Shown here: piece after piece, positions 10,083 to 19,948 of the stretch
Layout of the letters: each line of letters starts with the position of its first letter
How positions within the stretch are numbered: position 1 is the stretch's first letter
Assembly: GCA_013115145.1 (NCBI GenBank)
Contig: JAAPAO010000377.1
Span: 1-34,586 of the forward strand
Length of the DNA stretch: 34,586 bases
Reading direction: 5' to 3'
Source of the DNA: Perkinsus chesapeaki ATCC PRA-425
Lineage: Eukaryota; Protista; Perkinsozoa
Program-made: the position numbers and the translations under genes
The notes under the pieces: generated by a model
The model's database searches: none
What the model was told of the DNA's origin: nothing
The model's input: the letters and a program-made list of their open reading frames with translations, nothing else

Positions 10083-11297
10083 ATGTTGGCTGCTTCCCGC
10101 TCTGCTCTCTCCGCTGCCGCCCCTTGCCGCGTTGCTGTGGTGAGTTCAATACACTCTTTGCGAAGCTTGGCGTTATGATACTTCCCCGATTTTTGAAATG
10201 TTGACGAGCCTCGTCCTTGCTTGACGATTGTTGTCAGGTCCTCTCTGGCTGTGGGCATCTTGATGGCACCGAGATCCGCGAGGCTGTCTTCACCCTCACC
10301 GAGCTCAGCAAGGCCAATGCCAAGGTTCAGTGTTTCGCGCCCAACAAGAACCAAATGCATGTTGTTAACCACTGCGATGGTGTACGTGTCTGCTCTGCTG
10401 TTCGATCCGTATGGTTTTCTTAGTCGGTCGATTCCGGCTCCACTCGTAACGTTTTGACCGAGGCCTCCAGGATCGGAAGGGAAGGTGAGTCGCTAATTTT
10501 CACCGTCGTACACTGCAACGCTGACTTCCTGATACATAACGATCAGAATGCTCTCCGATCCGATGCATCGGTAGAATTCCTGAGATTAGTGATGGCCGAC
10601 TAGTGGGTAATTGATACCCTTGTACCCTTCGAATTTCCTCAATTTGATGGTTTCGAATCAATTCTTATTCTCTACAGTGAGGCAGCCTATGGCTTGCTCT
10701 GTCTGTTGGTCGAATCGCAGGATAGATTACTTCCCCTATGGACTTCAGGCACTCTTCCACTAAAGGATCTGCATGCTGCGGACTTCGACGCTCTCATGTT
10801 CCCTGGTGGATTTGGAGCTGCCAAGAACCTGTCCAACTTCGCGGTCAAGGGCAGCGCTATGACGGTTGATCCAGACGTCGAGCGCGTTATGAAGGAGTTC
10901 AACGAGCAAGGTACCTCGGTTCGCAATATCTTTGGTTGACGCTTGCATTTCAGGCCGGCCGATCGGCTTAGTCTGCATTGCACCGGTTCTTGCTGCCAAA
11001 GTCTTGAAGGCGGAAGTCACTATGGGTGAGAGTAAGCCATTTCGCACCTTTGGTTGAACTGCGCCTTTTGCAGGCTCCGATACCGTCAGTGAAGATTACC
11101 CGAACGCTGGAGCTGCCGAGGCTGTCGTCGCGATGGGAGGCAAGCACTTTAATACCAAGTTGAATGAAGCTCACGTTGATAAGGCGAAGAAGGTTGTCAC
11201 TTCTGCCGCCTACATGAACAACACGGCCCCCATCCACGAGATACAAGCATCTGTTGCCGCTATGGTCACTGAAACGTTGGGGCTTATTGAGCATTAG
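10083..11297 (+). CDS. elbB: ES1/ElbB-family (GATD3-like, DJ-1/PfpI superfamily) protein with putative mitochondrial presequence; exons 10083-10139, 10238-10381, 10424-10484, 10749-10910, 10954-11025, 11074-11297
   Basis: Five phase-consistent GT-AG introns. Motifs [65 protein letters not shown] and VVTSAAYM match ES1/ElbB. The N-terminus [16 protein letters not shown] is Arg/Ser/Ala-rich with no acidic residues. Confidence 0.93.
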
Positions 11298-12053
11298 TTC
11301 TGCTACAGATGAGCTTTGTTGTGATTCTTCTTATATCTGATATTTCGTATTGGTCTTGTATTCGTAATTGTGTTATCATAGTCGGGTGTCAGACAAAGAT
11401 GCAGTACAATAACATAGATATCTTAATAAACCAATTGAACTCTCGTCCTTCTGTAGAACTGCGAGATAGAGATGGACTCAAGCGGTTTCAAGTGATTCGT
11501 GTGGTCGAGTGACTCGACCACTGGATGGTGAAATTGACAGACTACCGCATTTGGAGAAAGAGTCGAATGGAAAGGGAACATATTATTGATTGAGATACGC
11601 GTACATACGGGGCTTCGCTGCGAAGCCTTCGCCCCCCTTCTCAGAAACCACCGGCGTCGCGGTGGAGCAATCAATCGTAGACAAATTACGCGCTGCCCGA
11701 TGATGGTCACTCACAAGTGTGCTCATGCGAATGTGCCACTACCCAACTGATCCGCCCGGCTCAACGACGCAAGCCAATAGAACGACACACGCAGCCCTGC
11801 CCGACCTTGTTCGTGCGTTGTGTCTCCTTCCGGCACGTCACACGGCGCGTCCAGGTGCGCCATGAGGAGGCATCTTCCAAAATGGGGGAACTCCAGAAGG
11901 TGCTCGCCTGGGTGTTTCTTATGATGCCATTACAGTCGTTTCACTCGGCGCCGGCTCCGTGGGATTTTCAGCCATACGAGCAATCAATTGTAGCATTAAG
12001 TGTACGGCTTGTTAAAAGAGTGTCAACAGCTCGCAGGGTTAATTTTTTTGTTG

Positions 12054-12833
12054 ATGCAATTGAACCTTTTGCTCATTGTCTCCATCGGTGTTTCTGCCGC
12101 TTATGATACTTCTGCGTATCTTTTAGCCCAGAAAGAGATCCGTGATTTCGTAGACTCTGTCGCGAATGATGTCGTTAAGAACATGGACGTGACGGAGATC
12201 TCGGAGATAGAATCGACGTCAGCTTCCCGGGTCCTCGGCGGTTCTGTGGATCAGTGCAGTGCATGCATTCTGACCAACAATCTACTTCTGAACAATTACT
12301 TCATCCTTAAGATCAATCAACAATGTGCGAATACTGGTAGTAGTTCGCCCTATGTGAAGGAGTTCTGTGAAACCCTGAGCCACAAGATTCATGATATGGA
12401 TCAGCAGCTCAATGGATATCTATTCCAGCGCTTGAGAATCCGTCAACTCTCAATCGCGATGTGCATTGGAAAGGAACAGTGCTCCCAGGCAAATGCCTTC
12501 AACCTCCTCTTTAATCCTGCTCTCCCGGATATCCTCACTAATATTGAGAACTACTGTCCCTCGGTATCCTTCGGGAACTATGAGGAGTGCATCGAGTACT
12601 CCAGCAAGGATATACTGGACTTTGCTACCGAACGTGTGAAGGCTGTCTGCGGCCCCACGGTGATTAAGGATCACGACTTGGCTGAATTCTGCTCTTACTT
12701 CTCGCTCAATGATGACTATGGACGTGGCATTGTTCAGGGCATGGTCCCCGTCTACCAGTACTCTACCTTCTTATGTAAACAGTATTCGCACGACTGTCGT
12801 TGTCATCTGGCAGGTGGGAATCCATTCGCTTAA
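12054..12833 (+). CDS. Secreted protein with two saposin-like (SAPLIP) domains, intronless, 259 aa
   Basis: ATG at 12054; signal peptide MQLNLLLIVSIGVSAA. The first domain has six Cys in saposin spacing (CSAC..QQC..EFC..AMC..QC); a second Cys-rich helical repeat follows (NYC..EEC..AVC..EFC..FLC..DC). Confidence 0.75.
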   Translation: MQLNLLLIVSIGVSAAYDTSAYLLAQKEIRDFVDSVANDVVKNMDVTEISEIESTSASRVLGGSVDQCSACILTNNLLLNNYFILKINQQCANTGSSSPYVKEFCETLSHKIHDMDQQLNGYLFQRLRIRQLSIAMCIGKEQCSQANAFNLLFNPALPDILTNIENYCPSVSFGNYEECIEYSSKDILDFATERVKAVCGPTVIKDHDLAEFCSYFSLNDDYGRGIVQGMVPVYQYSTFLCKQYSHDCRCHLAGGNPFA

Positions 12834-13746
12834 TGCGCCGATATTGCGACTCGCTAATTGGGTTCATCGCTTTTGGTTTTTTATCCCTGGTCGCTGATTA
12901 ACTGTTCCCTTCGAGGCGTTACAAGCAGCAGCTACCCGGGTTCTATCTCTAAGACGCAATACAAAGTCTTTTCCTATAAATCGGAGTGTTTAGTTTAGTA
13001 TCAGCCACCAATAAAGCAGATGCGACATCCCCTGTGGTTCGTGTTTTGACCCCGCTTGTGGAAGGTGATCTGCAAAATTTTTTGCCGAAGAATCTGGTTT
13101 GAATCTTTGCCGATAATAAAGCCAATCATGGTCAAATCGCTCATCAGGCGAAAAGCAAGAACGTGTGACCGGGAGACGACTGTCCATAATAGACGGGTCA
13201 TTTCGGCGGCGTTGTCGAGCGCCCATTAGTCCAACAAGCCTAACAAAGAGCTCTTAGCAACGACTCAAAAGACGCCTCACTGTGCCTAGAGTGCCGATTA
13301 TCCGTATACCAATCGATCACCGCCGTTATGCACACATAAGAAGATGCGCGGCTGTGCCACGTTGTCCCCCTTTGTTTCCTCACCCATTTGCGTCCATTAG
13401 CCTACATGGTGACCATGTCATGGTCATAACGACGTCCTCGGCTACCAATGACAATAACTCCGTCACTAGCCAGTCGGATAATTGGGGAGTTATTCGACTG
13501 TCAAATTTTGACACTCAAACGTCGACTCACGATTCACCGTGAACGGCCTCATTACCGCGCCCAGCAACGATAGTGTGTGTCCGGATTGTGCAACGCTGTC
13601 CCCATCAGCGACTAGCGCAAATTATGTCTCCAAGCTTCTTAAGCCGTCAGTTCTAAGCTTGACCGCGTACGGGTTTAGACCCCTCGATATCTCGGGACGT
13701 CCACTTTAACAACCTGTCAGTTAATTTTGTTTTTTATCATAGTAAA

Positions 13747-14892
13747 ATGTCAAGCGATCTAATTTTGAAGCTGCGCACAGACGAAGAGGTCTTGCGAACC
13801 AGAGTAGATGCCAGTACTGTCAAAAACATGACCGACATCAACGAGTATATTCTACAGACGTGGCCCGAGCTTGGTCGACTGTATGAGGACTACCGTGTTT
13901 ACTATATCGACGACTTCGACGAGAAGTGCCTCCTGAACGAGCTCTCCGTTCAAGATGCTCTGACTCTCGCGAAGATCCGCGCTCAAGCAAGCGGCTCCGT
14001 ACCCGTTCTCGAGCTTTACATTGAGGTGTTGGACCACGACGACTCCGAGGCCGAGAGCGAGGAGCTGGCGGCGAATGAAGTCGAGGATCCCGAGGAGACT
14101 CTGGCCAAGCTTTTGGAAGATCTTGGTTATGTTGTCTCTTCTGAAGATGCCCTTTCCTTAGTCGACAGCCTCGGTGAAACCGGTATCGATCTCGACAAGC
14201 TACGTGAGCAGCTCGAAATCGAGAAAAATGGTGCCCAGGAAACTGCGGAGAAGATTGCTCCCGCTGTTGAGACCAAGAAGCCTGCCGTAAAGGCCCCCGC
14301 TAAGGGCGAACCCGAAAGCGGATGGGTGGTGGACGCTGTTCCCGAGGAGCCTGATGAGGGTTTGCATATCGTGAAAACGGTATCAAACGACAAGGACGCT
14401 GTGAGCACTATGGTTGACCTTCTCACTCAACTTGGTTTCGTCGACAACCGTGAAACTGCTCAAGAGCTTGTCAACAGATTGGTGAGCTCGAGCAATGACG
14501 TCGACAGAATCTCGAAGCGTATAATGGATCTTGCTGAACAGCAAGAGCAGGAACGGTCCGGTGAAGCCACGGAAGAAGCTGTTAAGGACGCCAATGACGA
14601 GGAGCTCTCCGCTGTTAAGAGGAGTAGCGCTGCGAAGGATCTCGAGAACTTGCTTTACAACATGGGATTCGTAGAGACCAGAGAGGCAGCTAAAGACATC
14701 GTGGCCGCGCTTGTTGGTGCTGGTCAGGACTTGAGGAAGGTCATAGAGCACTTTGAGGCCGAGAAGCCCTCTAAGAGGACTACAGAGTCTTCCGGCAGTC
14801 AGACTGTCAGCAGACGGAGACGCCATCATAGTAGGAGGGGCGCCAGTCAGAAAAAGCCTGCTGCCTCTACTTCAAAAACTAGCTCTGCATAA
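13747..14892 (+). CDS. PB1 domain plus three UBA-like repeats (p62/NBR1-like architecture), intronless, 381 aa
   Basis: N-terminal LILKL..VLRTRV..YRVYYIDDFDEKCLL..QDAL..LELYI fits PB1 with an acidic OPCA-like loop. Three ~38-aa repeats carry LGY, LGF and MGF loops (LLEDLGYV, LLTQLGFV, LLYNMGFV). The C-terminal tail is basic (RRRRHHSRR). Confidence 0.8.
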   Translation: MSSDLILKLRTDEEVLRTRVDASTVKNMTDINEYILQTWPELGRLYEDYRVYYIDDFDEKCLLNELSVQDALTLAKIRAQASGSVPVLELYIEVLDHDDSEAESEELAANEVEDPEETLAKLLEDLGYVVSSEDALSLVDSLGETGIDLDKLREQLEIEKNGAQETAEKIAPAVETKKPAVKAPAKGEPESGWVVDAVPEEPDEGLHIVKTVSNDKDAVSTMVDLLTQLGFVDNRETAQELVNRLVSSSNDVDRISKRIMDLAEQQEQERSGEATEEAVKDANDEELSAVKRSSAAKDLENLLYNMGFVETREAAKDIVAALVGAGQDLRKVIEHFEAEKPSKRTTESSGSQTVSRRRRHHSRRGASQKKPAASTSKTSSA

Positions 14893-15291
14893 GTTCTTGA
14901 TTACTCTTGTGATCATGTTTGATCAATAAATTTTAAATACCACATTTCTTGTTATTCCATTTAATCGTGTGTGATTTGTGTTCAAAAGGAAGCCGGGTGC
15001 CGGTCCGAAGATCGCGTAAACTATCCCACTGTCAGGGACATGTCTATTCGCAAGAGTCAATGTTATACGCTTCGATCTATCCACTCGGTCATGGGGTACT
15101 TCATCGGACCCAATTAAATCTACGGACTTGAGCATTCAAACAGGAATGTCTTTCTCAGAGACCCAAGAGTTCACACTGCGAAGAATCTTCGTCGAAGATA
15201 CACTTTCCTATACGAAGAGGATAGTCGCAGCTTGCTGGGGACTTATCAACACAAGTCGTCTCCGCGTAGAAATAACAACTCTAGTGAATGA

Positions 15292-18065
15292 CTAGAACAG
15301 GAGCTCTCGTGCTTTACTGGAGATACGTTCGAGGATTGCACTTGTCGTATGAAAATGTTCATCACGATGCTTCTGATATTCACTTATAAAGTTTCCATCG
15401 ATACCATCTTCAAGGCCGTTGCCCAAGTTGTCAATCATGGCGATGATGGCGTAGGGTACCTTAAATCAAAAAAGCTGCAATTCATTCACATCGAGGATTT
15501 TATTTTGTAAGCAAGCCCGGGGAGAGAGTCATTCAACCGAACCGAGACGTGCTCCTCTAGAATCAAAAACACCTCCTGAAGCGGAGATACAAAGGAAAGT
15601 TGGCCAGCAAATGTGCACTAATTCTCAAGCGAGCCTCAAGTGAAACCAGTCTGAAGATATCTCTGGCACTTCTCTCAGGGATATATATAATATTTCCCAC
15701 GATACTCTCGCTTATGTTTCCACAATAGAGAAACTTGTTGACCACCGAACAACGCACTTCCCAAGACGTGCCCTTCGACGCAAGTCACCTGCAGCTCCCC
15801 TGCGAGTGTCCATTCGGAAGCGCAAGTCATACCGACTAAATGACCATGCTTTTGAAGCATACGAATCTCGCTGCGACTTTCAAACCTGAAACAGGAATTG
15901 GTAGTCGGATCGGCGACAAGACTGAACACCTCGGTCCATTCGCTTGAGCGTAAACAATATCCAGCTCGCTCTCCGGAGCTTCCCGAAGCCTCACGGCTAG
16001 AGGGCCTTCCATGAAGGGGAACAGCGTGGAAGCGACTTTCTGAACAAAAAGGAAATGGGAGTGTATGAGCTTCGTGTGTATGACGATAAAGTGTATGAGC
16101 CTTATTTTGTCCTGTCCATTTAGAAGCTCGAACTAATGGAGGAGAACCCGGTGACGTTCTTTGCATACTTGGAACACCGCAATGCCACGATCAGTTTTGA
16201 TGAGGAGTTCGCATCATTCCATCAAAATCCCTTTAATAGTAATGAACCGCGTGACGTGCATGCTCGAATATATACTCAACGATACTGACTACGGAAAAGT
16301 GCGAACTTGAAGTTATGCAGATTCGAGGCTCCGGAGATGCTATCAATGCGAAGAATATTTGATAAAAATGCATTCCTACGGGCGAGGATGAACACCAAAT
16401 GCGCTACTTCCATCACATAAAACTCAGCTGAACGTTAAGCGACTAAATAAATGCGCGCAGTAGGATTCTTGGATTGCTTGGCACAGAGCTAATAATAATG
16501 CCCGACACTCAGTGACGATGTTACCTTGCGCCACATCTGATCTTCATGCTCACATGGTGTATAATGGATACGTCCTTTATCGCCGGAAAAGGGGCCAACA
16601 TCGGAGTTACCCCAAAATCTAAGGACGCCCCCTGGAGTGACCGTTAATATTGCAACTAGCTCACGTCATAGTTCCACGTTGGTAGGCAAAGTCGATGAAA
16701 TCGGTTGGCATAGTTATATCACCAACTGCGAAGAGATCCGGGCGGATACTTCCAACCGATGCCAATGCTATTATCCTAAGGCGAAAATTGGGAGTATAGG
16801 AAACAGCAAAATACAAAGTGTTGGACCGCCTAATTCCTCTATGGCTCAGTTACGGACCGTGGTAGAACTTTCCGAGTCGGAAATTCTGACAGATTACTCC
16901 AATATGCTTTTACCGACCATGAAAATCGTGAAGCAGAAGTAGATCTACTGCGCCATAGTTTCTCGAGGACGGGGGCCGTATTGAGCTAAACACGCGTGCT
17001 TCACTTCACAGGATCGTCAAAATGCATTAAGCAGGTTACCGAACCTTGGCCATCTCGCCCCAGAGTGGTCTGTGATGGCCGTATTCGACAGTGTTCGGTT
17101 AGGCAGATGCAATGTGACATCGTATACGCTCGCTGATTAAAGGTTGAAGAAATTTTGTGAGAATTTCGGACCGTTCCTGAACCTTACGGCATTGACAGTA
17201 TATCTTCTCTAGGGACGAAATTTGGAATTCAACCGCCCATCGAGACCTACTTATCACATAGGAGCTCGTGAGCCATTGCCCACATAATGGCACGATAGGG
17301 CACCTCATGCGGCGGAGAATACCCTTCACCACTACTGTGGTGACGGGCAACGAAAAATACACAGTAATCATCTGAAGAGGAAGAAGCTACGAGATCCACA
17401 GAACTCGGTGGACCAATAAGGCTCGTGATGGACAGGCTAGTCCCGTACGAGCTCTTCATCATACCATTCAACTTGAGGAGGATCGATAATTGAGCTTACG
17501 TAGTGAAAATTCGTATAGAGCCGTGATAATCCCAGTGGGCGGTTACAAGGTAAATTGTTAACCATCCTGGAGTAAACAACGTTCCGAAAAATATGCATCA
17601 TTTAATAATGTACTCAGAAGCCTGGAAAATTGGCCATAGAGACTTGCAATGAGACCGTTATCATCGAGGGGCCTATTGGACAAGTAAATCATTTACTGTA
17701 ATTGTTTCCAACGACAGGAGATTATTAGAGACAGTCGGGGCAGAAAAAATACCAAAGTTGCTCCCCGACCCGAAACGATATCGGAAAGATGCGCTGGAAT
17801 TAACAGAAGTAACACCAATGGGCACATAATCTATTAAGATCACATTGCCGAGTACAATCACAAAACAGGTCTCTGAGAGTAAACAGGAATAAATGCAAAG
17901 GGAGGAGGCAAGGAGCTCACCTTCCACATGTAGAGGCAGAATATTGGCCACGACGCCATACGGAGTTTCAACGCTCATCTCGCTGCCTTCCGCATGAGGA
18001 AGATGGACTCCACTACCACCAAGAATACCAAGACGGAGCTGTCCAGACGGCTTCGGTGGGAGCAT
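15292..18065 (-). CDS. MTAP/PNP-family purine nucleoside phosphorylase, probably 6-oxopurine/methylthioinosine-specific, 281 aa; exons 18065-17921, 17371-17251, 16775-16665, 16618-16525, 16039-15930, 15885-15789, 15459-15292
   Basis: Six GT-AG introns, all phase-consistent; the 846-nt CDS is open. Motifs: LGILGGSG, VETPYG, VARH..PPHEVPYRAIMWA, ALASVGSI, PTDFID, NGPRFESRSEIRML, VGMTCASE, YAIIAMIDNLGNG. Confidence 0.92.
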
Positions 18066-18183
18066 GAAAAACAAAGTCCCAACTAGACGGCAGATTGTGT
18101 GGAATGGGGAATAATCCAAGACCGGTAGAATGTTATTAACAGATGAAATAACAAATTAAGATCACAGCAGTTCAAGCCAGCAT

Positions 18184-18718
18184 TCACCATCCCCACGGAA
18201 GGGAGTCATTCGACCGCATAAACGTTCTAACGATATCATCACAATTGATTCCCACCAGCGAGATCTTACTCGTCTTTATCGGCCATGAGCGCCTCTTTTC
18301 GCTCTACGGCTGCCGCGAGTTTTCCTTCCTCCCTGAGGGCTGTCAGGAATTTATGTCGCTCAGCACCTTGCCCAGTTGCTTGGGCGATCAGTAGGCTGCG
18401 ATTCTCACGCCGCAAAGCTGACCTGAACGGCAACTAGGCTTTACATGGGGACTTGTCGAAAAATTTACTTCGATTGACGTGCTTCGCTCCGCCTAGCTTT
18501 ATTATTAACACTCGAAACAGAGCTACCAATACTTGACACCGATGAGAGAGAGGAGGAACGGATTGATGAAGATGCAGGAGATGACCTACACTGGTGGTAT
18601 CGGTAAGTGATGAGATACGAGCCGACCTGCCATCACGAATTCTCGCAAGACTTCTTCCCCGTAGAGATGCTCCGCTGATAATACTTGTGCCACTACTAAC
18701 CTCCCATTCATCACTCAT
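18184..18718 (-). CDS. Small Ser-rich hypothetical protein, 134 aa; exons 18718-18627, 18585-18469, 18422-18270, 18226-18184
   Basis: Three GT-AG introns of 41, 46 and 43 nt join into an open 405-nt CDS: MSDEWEVSSG..SSPASSSIRSSSLSSVSSIGSS..ALRRENRSLLIAQATG..LAAAVERKEALMADKDETFMRSNDSLPWGW. Confidence 0.75.
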
Positions 18719-19029
18719 GGCCTGGCGACAAAGATGAACATCTGACCAGGACCTTCCCCGAAACCCATCAGGTCGGATTTTATATTAGATGTCTTGAGTT
18801 ACACCACTCTTTATGAGCTGAACCTCGTAAGACTCAACCCGAGCAGCCGATACATGCAAAGTTATAGTTCGTTCCATCGCCTCAGTCCATCCATCTCTCG
18901 TTCATTCCCACTAAACTCGCACCCGCCGTGGGCCACAACTTCGCCCGCCCGTCCTGTTCCTTCGCTTCGCCCAAAAATGAGACATCCCCTCTGCCCAATC
19001 GCCTTCTCGTTTATTCGCTCAACTAAAGA

Positions 19030-19948
19030 ATGTTATTCCTACTCTTCACGCTGGTCAACTTTCCCACTTCCCTTTGTGGTTCTAATAAAGGACTGGGGAG
19101 GAGTAGAGTGGACAGGGTTGCACCGGCGACATACCAGTACGACTCTTCGAAGGGTTCCCCTCTACCCACGGGGGTGAAAGACGTGATAATGGGTCTGGTG
19201 ATGGGTGGGTGGAAACAAGGAGACGGCCTGGTGATAAAGATGCATTCGGTGATTTGCACTTTATAAAAGAGGATGGTCCAGAGTCTGTCATATCCGACCT
19301 TAAGTTGAATTGGTTATTTCCTAGCTATTGCAAAAACCGTCACAGCGAGGAGGTCGAGGGCTACGAGTGTTATCGTGTTGGAGATCGGAAGGATGATACG
19401 AAGTTCGGCCGACTAAGCACCGAATTGTACCATGGTATCTCATACCTCACCTATGACACTACTCGATTACTTCTAGACCCCAACAGCATTGTCGATGGAC
19501 TACCGAAGGGTTCTTATATTTAGGGAAGAAGGCTGGAGACAGACAAAACCCTCATTTGGTGATACCAATGAAGTTTAACGATGTTGATTCGCCGTTGATT
19601 GCCACTGAGGCTGGGAATCGACTTGATAAACCAGAGGTTCGGGACAGATCTGACTCTGGAGAATCTGCTCCATCGCCCGCTGAGACGAGAGATCTTATAT
19701 CTATGCAAGCCCAGCAAAGCTTCTATGTTCCGCAAGAAGAACCTTTGGATCTTTCCACCCACTCCCGAAGAAGGCGAGAAGGAGGCATCGGGAATACGCC
19801 GGAAGACCAGAACCCAGCCGGGGCGGTTGATCTACAGGATGCTCTGGCAGGGCCCTCAGAGGTTGGCAATCGACCACTGAAGAGGTCTGCCGAGAATTTG
19901 GACGACACGAAGGTGCCTCTGAAGAAGCGAGAGCTTAAGAAGCGGTAA
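19030..19948 (+). pseudogene. Secreted protein split across three frames by two 1-nt shifts (pseudogene or assembly error); carries PLDLS and a C-terminal basic NLS
   Basis: ORFs 19030-19266, 19209-19523 and 19556-19948 overlap or abut in successive frames. Adding one base near 19205 and one near 19515 gives a 306-aa ORF. Signal peptide MLFLLFTLVNFPTSLCG; tail EEPLDLS..KVPLKKRELKKR*. Confidence 0.65.

Noticed and set aside
10073-10372. Minus-strand 99-aa ORF (also 10687-11294 minus ORFs)
   Set aside because: Antisense shadows of the well-supported ES1 exons.
10485-10748. Intronic box C/D snoRNA in ES1 intron 3
   Set aside because: Only an imperfect C box (GTGATGG), with no properly placed D box or terminal stem.
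12990-13226. ORF MGARQRRRND..DERFDHDWLYYRQRFKPD
   Set aside because: Protein-like and ATG-initiated, but with no recognisable motif or second exon; left unannotated pending RNA-seq.
13852-14829. Minus-strand ORFs overlapping the PB1-UBA gene
   Set aside because: Antisense shadows with no independent motifs.
16072-16110. Triple GTGTATGA repeat in a phosphorylase intron
   Set aside because: Short, irregularly spaced slippage-type duplication with no evidence of function.
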